DNA of 64,000 nt from NCBI GenBank assembly GCA_963838405.1, contig CAWIRA010000005.1:83071-147070 (forward strand), written 5' to 3'. The stretch is from an uncultured Solirubrobacteraceae bacterium (GTDB lineage Bacteria; Actinomycetota; Thermoleophilia; Solirubrobacterales; Solirubrobacteraceae). The notes below the pieces were generated by a model. That model made no database searches and was not told where the DNA came from. It saw only the letters and a list, made by a program, of their open reading frames with translations. Both the position numbers and the translations under genes were made by a program. Positions 17,266-26,468 of the stretch are shown piece after piece (the first letter of the stretch is position 1; every line of letters begins with the position of its first letter).

Positions 17266-18201
17266 CTAGAGGTGCCGGTCGGCGACCATCGCGCAGAACA
17301 GCAGCGCTAGGTACGCGAGTGAGTAGAGGTACAGGCGCAACGCCGAGCGCCGGTCGGCCCGTCGATACAGGCGCACGGCGCCGGCGATGAAGCCGACGCC
17401 CAGCACCAGCGACGCCACGAGGTAGATCGCGCCGAAGCCGCCCGCGCAGAACGGCAGCTGTGTGACCGCGTACAACAGCACGGAGTAGAGGAGGATCTGC
17501 CGCCGCGTCTCGGCCTCGCCGCGCACCACGGGTAGCATCGGCACGCCGACCTCGCCGTACTCGTCCTTCATCAGCAGCGACAGCGCCCAGAAGTGCGGCG
17601 GCGTCCAGAAGAAGACGATGAAGAACAGGATCACCGCGGTGCCGCTGACCGAGCCGGTGACCGCCGCCCAGCCGACCAGCGGCGGCACCGCACCGGCGGC
17701 GCCGCCGATGACGATGTTCTGCGGGGTACGCCGCTTCAGCCAGAAGGTGTACACGAACACGTAGCCGAGGAAGCCGGAGAACGAGAGCGCCGCTGCGAGC
17801 GGGTTGACGGTCAGCGACAGCTCGAGCAACGACAGCGCCGCGAGCGTGCAACCGAACACGAGCGCGGCGCGCGGTGAGATCCGCCCCGCCGGAATCGGCC
17901 TCGTGGCGGTGCGAGCCATGCGCGCGTCGATGTCGCGGTCGAACCAGTGGTTCACGGCGCCCGCGCCGCCCGCGGACAGGTAGCCGCCGAGGCAGGTGAG
18001 CGCGACCAACAGCACCGACGGATCGCCCGCGACGTACATCGTCGCGATCGTCGTCAGCAGCAGCAGCGATTGGACCTTCGGCTTGGTCAGCTCCAGGTAG
18101 TCGCTCAGCACCTGCAGCGCGCCGCCCGCGCGGCGATCGGCGATCGCGAGTGTCGGTGTCTCGATCGCCGGCGCTGCGCCTGGGTGTGGCGCGAGGCTCA
18201 T
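17266..18201 (-). CDS. ctaB: Protoheme IX farnesyltransferase (heme o synthase)
   Basis: YLELTKPKV, NHWFDRDIDARMARTATRP, LKRRTPQNIVIGG, WTPPHFWAL. Confidence 0.97.
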   Translation of the reverse strand: MSLAPHPGAAPAIETPTLAIADRRAGGALQVLSDYLELTKPKVQSLLLLTTIATMYVAGDPSVLLVALTCLGGYLSAGGAGAVNHWFDRDIDARMARTATRPIPAGRISPRAALVFGCTLAALSLLELSLTVNPLAAALSFSGFLGYVFVYTFWLKRRTPQNIVIGGAAGAVPPLVGWAAVTGSVSGTAVILFFIVFFWTPPHFWALSLLMKDEYGEVGVPMLPVVRGEAETRRQILLYSVLLYAVTQLPFCAGGFGAIYLVASLVLGVGFIAGAVRLYRRADRRSALRLYLYSLAYLALLFCAMVADRHL

Positions 18202-19905
18202 CTACAGGCCGACCTGCGTCGCTCCCGCCGGGACCGTGGCCGTCCCCGGCGCGCGTGCGCCGCCGCTCGCTCGCTCGATCTCGCGGCGGATGTCCTTCAT
18301 CGGCTCAAACGAGCGCACCAACGGCACTACGTCGAAGTTGTTGACCGGCGGCGGCGACGCCGTGAACCACTCGAGCGTGTTCGCCTTCCACGGGTCCGGG
18401 CCGGCGATCACGCCGACCTTGAGACTGCGCCAGACGTTGATGACGGTCACGCCGACCCCAGCGGCGAGGATGAACGAGCCGACCGTCGAGATCAGGTTGT
18501 ACAGGTGCAGGTGACCCACGTTCGGGTACTCGTACACGCGCCGCGGCATCCCGTCAAGTCCGATCACGTGCTGAATCAGGAACGTGACGATGATCCCGAT
18601 GAATATCAACCAGAAGCTCAGCTTGCCGAGGCCTTCTCCGAGCATGCGTCCGGTGATCTTCGGGAACCAGTAGTAGATCGCGGCGAAGATCGGCAGCACC
18701 GCGCCGCCGACCAGCACGAAGTGGATGTGCGCGACCACGAAGTACGTTTCGTTGAGCTGCCAGTCGACGGGGAAGATCGCGAGGAAGACCCCCGAGATGC
18801 CGCCGATCAGGAACACGGCGATGAACCCCGCGCAGAACAGCAGCGGCGTCTTGAATTCGATCGTGCCGCGCCACAGCGTCGCGATCCAGTTGAGCATCTT
18901 CACGCCCGTCGGCACCGCGATCAGGAACGAGCTGAGCATCACGAACACGAGGATCGCCTCCGGTATCGGCGCCGTGAACATGTGGTGCGCCCACGTCAGG
19001 AAGCCGAGGAAGGCGATCGCCACGGTCGACGCCGCGATCGCCTTGTAGCCGAAGATCGGCTTGCGCGCGAACACCGGCAGGATCTCCGAGACGATGCCGA
19101 AGCCCGGCAGCACCATGATGTAGACCTCCGGGTGCCCGAAGAACCAGAACAGGTTCTGCCACAAAAGCGGCGAGCCGCCGAGGGCGGGGTCGAACCAGTG
19201 GGTGCCGAAGTGGCGGTCGGTGAGCAGCATCGTCACCGCTGCCGCGATCACCGGCAGCGCGAAGATCAGCAGCACCGAGTACGTCAACATCGCCCACACG
19301 AACAGCGGCAGCCGGCCCCAGCTCATGCCGCGCGCGCGCATGTTGGCGACGGTCGCGTAGAAGTTGATCGCCCCGACCAGCGATGAGATGCCGGTGAGGT
19401 GGATCAGGTAGATCCAAGCGTCCTGCCCGCCGGACGGCGAGTACAGGGTGCTGGAGAGGGGGGGATAGCTCGTCCAGCCCGCTTCCGGCGGGTGCCAGAA
19501 GATCGACGCGTAGAAGACGATGCCGCCGGCGAGCAGCAGCCAGAAGGACAGCGCGTTCAGCCGCGGGAACGCCATGTCGCGCGCGCCAATCATCAGCGGC
19601 AGGAAGTAGTTGGCGATCCCCGCCATCATCGGCACGACGAACAGGAAGATCATCGTCGTGCCGTGCATCGTGAACAGCTGGTTGTAGATTTCCGGCGTCA
19701 CCAGCGTGTTGTTCGGGGCGCCCAGCTGCAGGCGGATCATCAGCGCCTCGACGCCGCCGAGGATGAAGAACACGAACGTCAGGACCATGTACATGATCCC
19801 GATGCGCTTGTGGTCGGTGGTCGTGATCCAGCTCGTCCAGCCGCTCGCCTCGCGCTCGGCGCGATGGGCGGTTATCTCTGGGATGGGGGCTACGTAGGTG
19901 GCCAT
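18202..19905 (-). CDS. ctaD: Cytochrome c oxidase subunit I, A1-type
   Basis: TDHKRIG, TMHGT, WFFGHPEVY, WAHHMF, PTGVK, AHIHFV, GMPRR. Confidence 0.97.
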   Translation of the reverse strand: MATYVAPIPEITAHRAEREASGWTSWITTTDHKRIGIMYMVLTFVFFILGGVEALMIRLQLGAPNNTLVTPEIYNQLFTMHGTTMIFLFVVPMMAGIANYFLPLMIGARDMAFPRLNALSFWLLLAGGIVFYASIFWHPPEAGWTSYPPLSSTLYSPSGGQDAWIYLIHLTGISSLVGAINFYATVANMRARGMSWGRLPLFVWAMLTYSVLLIFALPVIAAAVTMLLTDRHFGTHWFDPALGGSPLLWQNLFWFFGHPEVYIMVLPGFGIVSEILPVFARKPIFGYKAIAASTVAIAFLGFLTWAHHMFTAPIPEAILVFVMLSSFLIAVPTGVKMLNWIATLWRGTIEFKTPLLFCAGFIAVFLIGGISGVFLAIFPVDWQLNETYFVVAHIHFVLVGGAVLPIFAAIYYWFPKITGRMLGEGLGKLSFWLIFIGIIVTFLIQHVIGLDGMPRRVYEYPNVGHLHLYNLISTVGSFILAAGVGVTVINVWRSLKVGVIAGPDPWKANTLEWFTASPPPVNNFDVVPLVRSFEPMKDIRREIERASGGARAPGTATVPAGATQVGL

Positions 19906-19929
19906 TTCGTGCGCTGGTCTCCTGGTGTC

Positions 19930-20757
19930 CTAGGGGTTCTCGACCTTTTCGGCGCCTTCGTGTGCGTTAAGCAGGGTGCGCGCCTTCGCCGCTTCCCTGT
20001 TGGCTTCTGAGATCTCCTGCTTCTGGTTCGCAAGCCACGCTTCGAACTGCGCCGGCGGCACCGCCTTGACGGTCGCGATCATGCGCGCGTGCCCGCGACC
20101 GCACAGCAGCGCGCACTGGCCGCGGAACAGCCCCGGCTTGCTGACCTTGAACCACGTGTAGTTGTGGTAGCCGGGCACCGCCTGAAACTTTCCGCCCAGT
20201 TCCGGCACCCACCACGAGTGCACGACGTCCTGCGAGACGATGTTCAGCGTGACCGTCGTGTTGGTCGGCACGACGAGTTCCTCATAGCTGTAGGGCGCGC
20301 CCAGACCGTCGGGTTCGTTCGCTCCCGGGTACACGAACTGCCACACGTACTGACGGCCGATCACCGTGATTTCCAGCGATTTGCCATTCGGTGGCAAGCG
20401 GCGCTGGTTGCTCGCGTAGAGCAGGTTGTTCTGTTCGCCCAGGTCCGCCAGTGAGGACCCGCCCGGTCCCGAGTTCGGCGGATCCTGGATCGAGGACAGC
20501 TTCGAGAACGTCAGCACGGCAAGGCCGAGCAGGATCACGGCTGCCGCGACCGTCCAGCTCACCTCCAGGCGGGTGTTGCCGTGGATCTGCGCCGGCACCG
20601 CGCCCTTGCGCTTACGGAACCTGACCAGCGCGTACACCAGCGCCCCCTCGACCGCGAAGAAGATCACCAGCGCTATGTAGAGCGTGATGTCGTAGAGGTT
20701 GCTGATCTCGTGCGCGTTCGGCGAAGCACCGTGCGCAGGACCAAAGAACGCGAGCAT
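19930..20757 (-). CDS. ctaC: Cytochrome c oxidase subunit II (CuA), partner of the A1-type subunit I
   Basis: IHGNTRLEVSWT, GRQYVWQF, DVVHSWW, CALLCGRGHARM; start ATG 20757 or TTG 20778, not 21558. Confidence 0.95.
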   Translation of the reverse strand: MLAFFGPAHGASPNAHEISNLYDITLYIALVIFFAVEGALVYALVRFRKRKGAVPAQIHGNTRLEVSWTVAAAVILLGLAVLTFSKLSSIQDPPNSGPGGSSLADLGEQNNLLYASNQRRLPPNGKSLEITVIGRQYVWQFVYPGANEPDGLGAPYSYEELVVPTNTTVTLNIVSQDVVHSWWVPELGGKFQAVPGYHNYTWFKVSKPGLFRGQCALLCGRGHARMIATVKAVPPAQFEAWLANQKQEISEANREAAKARTLLNAHEGAEKVENP

Positions 20758-20840
20758 TGCGGGGAGCAGGTGGCCCAAGGCGGCGGGGATTCTATTCAGG
20801 CGCGGGCCGGACGCGCTTGATGACGTTTGCCACGAGGCCT

Positions 20841-21671
20841 CTAGCGCCCGGAAAAGCGCGCCGGGCGCTTCTCGACGAACGCGCTGACGCCCTCGATCAT
20901 GTCTGCGCTGCCGGTCATCTGCTGCTGGATGCGTGCCTCGAGCTCGAGCTGCTCGTCCATGCGGGAGTACAGCCAGTTGTTGAGCTGGCGCTTGGTGCCG
21001 GCGTAGGAGAGTGTCGGTCCTGCGGCCAGTCGTGCGGTGAGCGCGGCCGCCTCGTCTCGCAGCTCTGCGTCTGCGAACACGCGGTTGATCAGGCCCCAAT
21101 CGAGCGCCTGGGCGGCGCTCAAGCGCTCGCCGAGCATCGACATCTCGCTCGCGCGCGCCATGCCCACCCGGCTTGGCACGAACAGCGAGGAGCCGCCGTC
21201 GGGGACCAGGCCGATGTTGACGAACGCGAGCAGGAAGTACGCGCTCTCGGCCGCCACGATCAGGTCGCAGCAGAGCGCCAACGAGCAGCCGATCCCCACC
21301 GCGGGCCCGTTGACGGCGGCGACCACGGGCTTGGGCAGCTCGCGGATCGCCTCCATGATCGGGTGATAGCGCTCGGTCAGGGTCGTGTAGACGTCCGGAT
21401 GACCCTCGGCGGTGCTCGCGCCGCTGCTCATGTCCTTCAGATCCGCGCCCGAAGAGAAGGCGCGCCCGGCGCCGGTGATCAGCACCGCCCGTACACCGTC
21501 GTCCGCCGCGGCTGTGCGCAGGGCACTCAGCAGGTCCGCCCCGAGCTGCGCGTTCCACGCGTTCAGCGCCTGTGGCCGGTTCAGTTCGATCGTGGCGGCG
21601 CCGTCGACGACGCGCACGTTGACGCTCTCAAGCTCGGTGCTCGAATCGCCTGTGCCCTCTGGGGTGCTCAT
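20841..21671 (-). CDS. Enoyl-CoA hydratase/isomerase family
   Basis: AFSSGADL, VNGPAVGIG, FVNIGLVPDGG, EGVSAFVEKR. Confidence 0.93.
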   Translation of the reverse strand: MSTPEGTGDSSTELESVNVRVVDGAATIELNRPQALNAWNAQLGADLLSALRTAAADDGVRAVLITGAGRAFSSGADLKDMSSGASTAEGHPDVYTTLTERYHPIMEAIRELPKPVVAAVNGPAVGIGCSLALCCDLIVAAESAYFLLAFVNIGLVPDGGSSLFVPSRVGMARASEMSMLGERLSAAQALDWGLINRVFADAELRDEAAALTARLAAGPTLSYAGTKRQLNNWLYSRMDEQLELEARIQQQMTGSADMIEGVSAFVEKRPARFSGR

Positions 21672-21742
21672 CGGTCTCCTCTGCTCGACTCGATCGGCCT
21701 CACAGCCGCCATCGTGTGGGCGTTGATCCTATGGTGTGGAGC

Positions 21743-22486
21743 ATGGAACGGCCCGTGATCGGCATCTGCACCGCGATCGAGCGCGCCCGTTGGAGCGTGT
21801 GGGACCAGCAGGCGGCGCTGCTGCCGCGCAACTACGTCGACGCCGTGCAGCGCGCCGGTGGGCTCGTCGCGATGCTCCCGCCCGACCCCGAGCTGGCGAG
21901 CGACCCCCACCAGGTGCTCGAGCTGATCGACGGCCTGATCCTCGCCGGCGGCGCCGACATCGATCCTGGCTGCTACGGCCGGCAGCCGCATCCCGAGACG
22001 AGCGGGACCGTGCCGGAGCGCGACGCCTTCGAGGTGGCACTGACACGCGCTGCGATCGAGCGAGAGCTGCCGGTGCTCGGCATCTGTCGTGGCATGCAGT
22101 TGATCAACATCGCCTGCGGCGGCACGCTCGTGCAGCACCTGCCGGAGCGCTACGGTCATAACGAGCACCGGCGCGTCGCGGGCTCGTTCGACGGAGCCGA
22201 GCACGACGTCCTGTTGACCGAGGGCTCGCTCGCCGCGCGGGCCGCCGGCGAGCTCGTGCACACCACCAAGTCGCACCACCATCAGGGTGTCGAGCGGCTC
22301 GGCGACGGGCTGATCGTGAGCGGCATCTCCACCGTCGATGAGCTGCCCGAGGCGATCGAGCTGGGGGATGGAAGCCCACCCACCCGCTTTGTGCTCGGCG
22401 TCCAGTGGCACCCGGAGGCCGACGTCGCGAGCTCAGTCGTGGGCGCGCTCGTCGACGCGGCCGCGGCCACGCGCGTCGCCGAGTAG
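21743..22486 (+). CDS. Peptidase C26 / gamma-glutamyl-gamma-aminobutyrate hydrolase family
   Basis: GGADIDP, GICRGMQ nucleophile, VQWHPE; -10 TATGGT 7 nt before ATG 21743. Confidence 0.9.
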   Translation: MERPVIGICTAIERARWSVWDQQAALLPRNYVDAVQRAGGLVAMLPPDPELASDPHQVLELIDGLILAGGADIDPGCYGRQPHPETSGTVPERDAFEVALTRAAIERELPVLGICRGMQLINIACGGTLVQHLPERYGHNEHRRVAGSFDGAEHDVLLTEGSLAARAAGELVHTTKSHHHQGVERLGDGLIVSGISTVDELPEAIELGDGSPPTRFVLGVQWHPEADVASSVVGALVDAAAATRVAE

Positions 22487-22518
22487 CCGCCGCGGCACCG
22501 ACATATACTCCCCGCCCA

Positions 22519-23469
22519 GTGCGGCTGTCGAAGGCGATCAGAGCAACCGCCTGGGGGATGGTGCTCGCCGGTGTCGCCGCTCCACTCGTGCGCAAGCGCG
22601 TCAGCGCGCCGCCGCTGGTGGTGCAGAGCGTCGCGTTCGCGGCGCCGGTTGGCCTCTGCATCGCGGTGCGCCGCTCACGCGGGCGCGACGTCGCGACCTG
22701 TGCGCTGCAGATGTGGGCCTACCTGGCCGCGTACAAGCTCCCGCACGACGATCCCGACGCGCAGCGAGCGCGCGTGCACGTCGACTATCCGATCGCCGCC
22801 GACCGCGTGCTCGGCCTCGGCGAGCTGCCGAGCGTCCGTCTGCAGCGAGCGTTCGCCTCCGGCGGCCCGAACGCCGCGGACTGGCGCAAGCTCGACCGCG
22901 TGCTCGTGTGGGCTCACTGGAGTTGGTTCATGGTGCCGCACGGCTCGCTGCTGTACATCCTCGCGCGCGAGGACCAGCGCTTCACGCGCGCCGCCGTCAT
23001 GACCTACGCGGTGTTCGACATCGGCGCCAGCGTGTACTGGCTCGCACCGACCGCGCCGCCGTGGTACGCCGCCGCGACTGCCAGCGAGGGGCGCGAGCCC
23101 GCGCCTACCGTGCGGCGCATGATGGTCGAGTACGGGGAGGTGTTCTGGAAGGACGGCTGGGGCTCGCTCTACAGTGTGTTTGGAGGTAATCCCCTCGCCG
23201 CGATGCCCTCTTTGCACTTCGCCACATCCGTGATGGCCGCGCTTCTGCTAGCCGAGGTGGGACCGGTCGCGGGCACGCTCGGCTTCGCCTACGCGGGGAC
23301 TTTGGGATTCGCGCTCGTATATCTCGGCGAGCACTACGCGGTCGACCTGCTGGCGGGAGCCGCGCTGACGGTCGCAGTACGCCGGCTGGCGCCGCGCGCG
23401 GGGCCCGCCGTCGCACGTCTGGGGCGCGCGATCGCGACGCTGGAGGCACTGGCCCACGAGGGAGCCTGA
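22519..23469 (+). CDS. PAP2-superfamily membrane phosphotransferase (IPC-synthase-like)
   Basis: PTAPPW, AMPSLH, EHYAVD; multiple TM segments; -10 TATACT. Confidence 0.8.
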   Translation: MRLSKAIRATAWGMVLAGVAAPLVRKRVSAPPLVVQSVAFAAPVGLCIAVRRSRGRDVATCALQMWAYLAAYKLPHDDPDAQRARVHVDYPIAADRVLGLGELPSVRLQRAFASGGPNAADWRKLDRVLVWAHWSWFMVPHGSLLYILAREDQRFTRAAVMTYAVFDIGASVYWLAPTAPPWYAAATASEGREPAPTVRRMMVEYGEVFWKDGWGSLYSVFGGNPLAAMPSLHFATSVMAALLLAEVGPVAGTLGFAYAGTLGFALVYLGEHYAVDLLAGAALTVAVRRLAPRAGPAVARLGRAIATLEALAHEGA

Positions 23470-23478
23470 GGAGGGGGG

Positions 23479-24690
23479 GTGAGCACGAGCAAGATGGAGC
23501 GCGCCGGACCGCAGGCGGGTGAGGAAGGCCACGAGCAGGCCCTCGCCGCAGCGCCGGCGAGCGCCGGTGCCGGCGCCGGGCACGAGGAGGAGATGCCGCG
23601 TGTGATCCTCACGCGCAGCCAGATCGTCGCGTTCTCCGTGTTCATGCTCTCCGGCGTCGGCTTCCTGTACTTCGTGCTGCCGAACCTCGCCGGGGTCGGC
23701 AAGACGCTCGACAAGATCGAGGGCGGCGACGTCTGGTGGCTGGCGGCCGGCATGGTGCTCGAGGGCTTGTCCTTTGCGGGCTACATCGTCCTGTTCCGCT
23801 CTGTGTTCGTGCGCGACCCGCTGCCCGCGGAGCGCATCGGCTGGCTCGAGAGCTACGAGATCACGATGGCCGGCGTCGTGGCGACGCGGCTGTTTGCCGC
23901 GGGCGGCGCAGGCGGCATTGCGCTGACCGCCTGGGCGCTGCGTCGCGCCGGACTGGAATCGCGTCTGGTGGCGTCACGGTTGGTCGCGTTCATGGTGCTG
24001 CTGTACGTCGTCTACGCCGGTTCGTTGCTGATCGACGGCATCGGCCTCGGGATCGGCCTGTTCCCCGGCGGCGGCTCGTTCGCGATCACGATCGTCCCGG
24101 CGCTCGTGGCGGCGGTGCTATTCGCGCTGGTCGGCGCGATCGCGCTGATCCCCGGCGACCTCGAGCGCCGGCTCCAGCGCGGCGGCTCGGGTTCGGGTCG
24201 CGCTGCGCACTGGCTCGCCCGCGCCGCGACCGTGCCGGCGCTCTCTGCCAGCGGCGTGCGCACCGCGATCGCGCTGATCCGCAGCCGCGACCCCGGCCTG
24301 CTCGGGGCGCTCGCCTGGTGGGGGTTCGACATCTCAGTGCTGTGGGCGATGTTCCACGCGTTCGGCACGCCGCCGCCGTTCACCGTGATCTGGATGGCCT
24401 ACTTCGTCGGCACGCTCGGCAACCTGCTGCCACTGCCCGGCGGCCTCGGCGGCGTCGAGGGCGGCATGATCGGCGCGTTCGTCGCCTTCGGCGTGCAGCT
24501 CGACCTCGCGGTCGTCGCGGTGCTGTCCTACCGTGCGATCTCGTTCTGGCTGCCTACGCTGCCGGGCGTCGTGGCGTACTTCCAACTGCGTCGCACAGTC
24601 TCACGCTGGCGCCACGAAGCACCCGTCTCCGCCGCGAGCGCCGGGCGTGCGGGCGCGGCTGAGCCGGCGGGTGCCCTGCAGGGCTCATAA
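23479..24690 (+). CDS. Lysylphosphatidylglycerol synthase TM / flippase-domain membrane protein
   Basis: About 8 TM segments; PLPGGLGGVEGGM, YRAISFWLP. Confidence 0.8.
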   Translation: MSTSKMERAGPQAGEEGHEQALAAAPASAGAGAGHEEEMPRVILTRSQIVAFSVFMLSGVGFLYFVLPNLAGVGKTLDKIEGGDVWWLAAGMVLEGLSFAGYIVLFRSVFVRDPLPAERIGWLESYEITMAGVVATRLFAAGGAGGIALTAWALRRAGLESRLVASRLVAFMVLLYVVYAGSLLIDGIGLGIGLFPGGGSFAITIVPALVAAVLFALVGAIALIPGDLERRLQRGGSGSGRAAHWLARAATVPALSASGVRTAIALIRSRDPGLLGALAWWGFDISVLWAMFHAFGTPPPFTVIWMAYFVGTLGNLLPLPGGLGGVEGGMIGAFVAFGVQLDLAVVAVLSYRAISFWLPTLPGVVAYFQLRRTVSRWRHEAPVSAASAGRAGAAEPAGALQGS

Positions 24691-24717
24691 TGGGCACCGC
24701 ACGCAGCGGCGATGCTA

Positions 24718-24734
24718 TACTTTACAAAGTAAAG
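24718..24734 (+). promoter_or_regulatory. Overlapping palindromes at the trxB -10 element
   Basis: TACTTT-AC-AAAGTA and CTTTAC-AAA-GTAAAG overlap TATACT (24716-24721). Confidence 0.5.
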
Positions 24735-24774
24735 CGCCCTCGGTTGGGGCGCGCGGAGCAAGACGGGAGATCAG

Positions 24775-25812
24775 ATGAGCGACGTTGAGAACGTGATCAT
24801 CATCGGCAGTGGACCCGCCGGCTACACGGCCGCGCTCTACACCGCCCGCGCGAGTCTGAACCCATTGGTGATCGAGGGTTTCGCGTGGGGCGGGCTGCTG
24901 CAGCAGACGACCGAGGTCGAGAACTATCCCGGCTTCAGCGACGGCGTGATGGGCCCCGAGCTGATGCAGAAGCTCCGCGACCAGGCCGAGCGATTCGGCG
25001 CGCGGCTCGTCACCGACCAGGCCGATCGCGTCGAGCTCGCCACCGAGCCCGGCGGCATCCACAGCGTGTGGGTCGGCGACACCGAGCATCGTGCCCGGAC
25101 CGTCGTCCTGGCGATGGGCGCCGAGCACAAGAAGCTCGGCGTCGCCGGTGAGGACGAGCTGTCCGGCCGCGGCGTCAGCTACTGCGCGACGTGTGACGCC
25201 GCCTTCTTCCGCGACGCCCAGACGGTCATCGTGGGCGGCGGCGACTCCGCCATGGAGGAGGCGATCTTCCTGTCCAAGTTCGCCAAGAAGGTGTCGGTCG
25301 TGCACCGCCGCAACGACTTCCGCGCGTCGAAGATCATGCTCGAGCGCGCGCGCTCGGAGCCGAACATCGAGTTTGTCACCCCCTACACGGTCAAGGAGTT
25401 CGTCGCCGGCGAGACCGGCACCTTGGGCCACGCCACGCTGACGCAGGCGGAGACCGGCGAGGAGCGCGAGATCCCGATCACCGGCGTGTTCATCGCCGTC
25501 GGGCACGAGCCGCAGTCGGGCCTCGTACGCGGGCAGATCGAGCTCGACGAGAGCGGCTACGTGCTCACCGAGGACCGCTCCACGCGCACCAAGCGCCCAG
25601 GCGTGTTCGCCGCTGGAGATCTCGTCGACCACACGTACCGGCAGGCGATCACCGCCGCCGGCTCGGGCTGCCAGGCGGCGCTCGATGCCGAGTGGTACCT
25701 GCGCGACACGCCCGGTGTTCCGATCCCGTCGGGCATGCCGCTCGGCGACCCAGCCGAAACGCAGTGGGCGCCTGCCGCCGAGTCGGCGCCGGCGCCGGCG
25801 CGGACCGCATAG
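24775..25812 (+). CDS. trxB: Thioredoxin-disulfide reductase
   Basis: [42 protein letters not shown]. Confidence 0.97.
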   Translation: MSDVENVIIIGSGPAGYTAALYTARASLNPLVIEGFAWGGLLQQTTEVENYPGFSDGVMGPELMQKLRDQAERFGARLVTDQADRVELATEPGGIHSVWVGDTEHRARTVVLAMGAEHKKLGVAGEDELSGRGVSYCATCDAAFFRDAQTVIVGGGDSAMEEAIFLSKFAKKVSVVHRRNDFRASKIMLERARSEPNIEFVTPYTVKEFVAGETGTLGHATLTQAETGEEREIPITGVFIAVGHEPQSGLVRGQIELDESGYVLTEDRSTRTKRPGVFAAGDLVDHTYRQAITAAGSGCQAALDAEWYLRDTPGVPIPSGMPLGDPAETQWAPAAESAPAPARTA

Positions 25813-25877
25813 CCGCGGAGCTCGCGGTGGCGCGCCGCTGAGAACGCTCGCACGCCGACCACGTTCGCCCTCGATCG

Positions 25878-25902
25878 GTCACAGAATCGCGCGCGGGGCG
25901 TT
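25878..25902 (+). promoter_or_regulatory. Candidate ECF-type promoter
   Basis: GTCACA-N15-CGTT, 8 nt before ATG of the sigma gene. Confidence 0.5.
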
Positions 25903-25910
25903 AACCGGGC

Positions 25911-26468
25911 ATGGATCGCGATGAACCCAGCGACGGTGAGCTGCTGGCGGCGACGGCTTTGCAGCCTGACGCGTTTGCCGCCTTCTACGACCGTTACGAG
26001 ACCGCCGTCGTCGGCTACTTCACGCGTCGCACCGGCGACCCCGAGGTCGCGGCTGATCTCGCAGCCGAGGTGTTCGCCGCGGCGCTGAGCGCGGCGCATC
26101 GCTACCGCGCCGAGAATCCAACCGCTGCCGGCTGGCTGTTCACGATCGCTCGCAACACGCTCACCAGCAGCCTGCGTCGCGGCAGGGTGGAGGCGCGGGC
26201 GCGACGCCGCGTCGGCATCCGCGACGCGGTCGCCTTCACGAGCGACGAACTCGAGCGCGTGGAGTCCGCCGCCGGCGCGAGCGGTTGGGTGCTCGAGCTA
26301 CTCGAGCGGCTGCCCGCCGACCAGCGCGAGGCGGTTCGCGCGCGCGTCCTCGACGAGCGCACCTATCCGGACATCGCCGGTGAGCTCGAGACATCTGAGC
26401 TGGTCGTCCGCAAGCGCGTCAGCCGAGGCCTTTCGAATCTGCGAGCTGAACTGGAGAACCCGTCATGA
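25911..26468 (+). CDS. ECF RNA polymerase sigma factor
   Basis: AFAAFYDRY, ADLAAEVF, WLFTIARN, region-4 YPDIAGEL...VRKRVSRGL. Confidence 0.92.
   Translation: MDRDEPSDGELLAATALQPDAFAAFYDRYETAVVGYFTRRTGDPEVAADLAAEVFAAALSAAHRYRAENPTAAGWLFTIARNTLTSSLRRGRVEARARRRVGIRDAVAFTSDELERVESAAGASGWVLELLERLPADQREAVRARVLDERTYPDIAGELETSELVVRKRVSRGLSNLRAELENPS

Noticed and set aside
20758-21558. 542-aa ORF suggesting a subunit II fusion
   Set aside because: The extra N-terminal part is an alternative-frame shadow of the enoyl-CoA hydratase; oxidase homology starts near 20757
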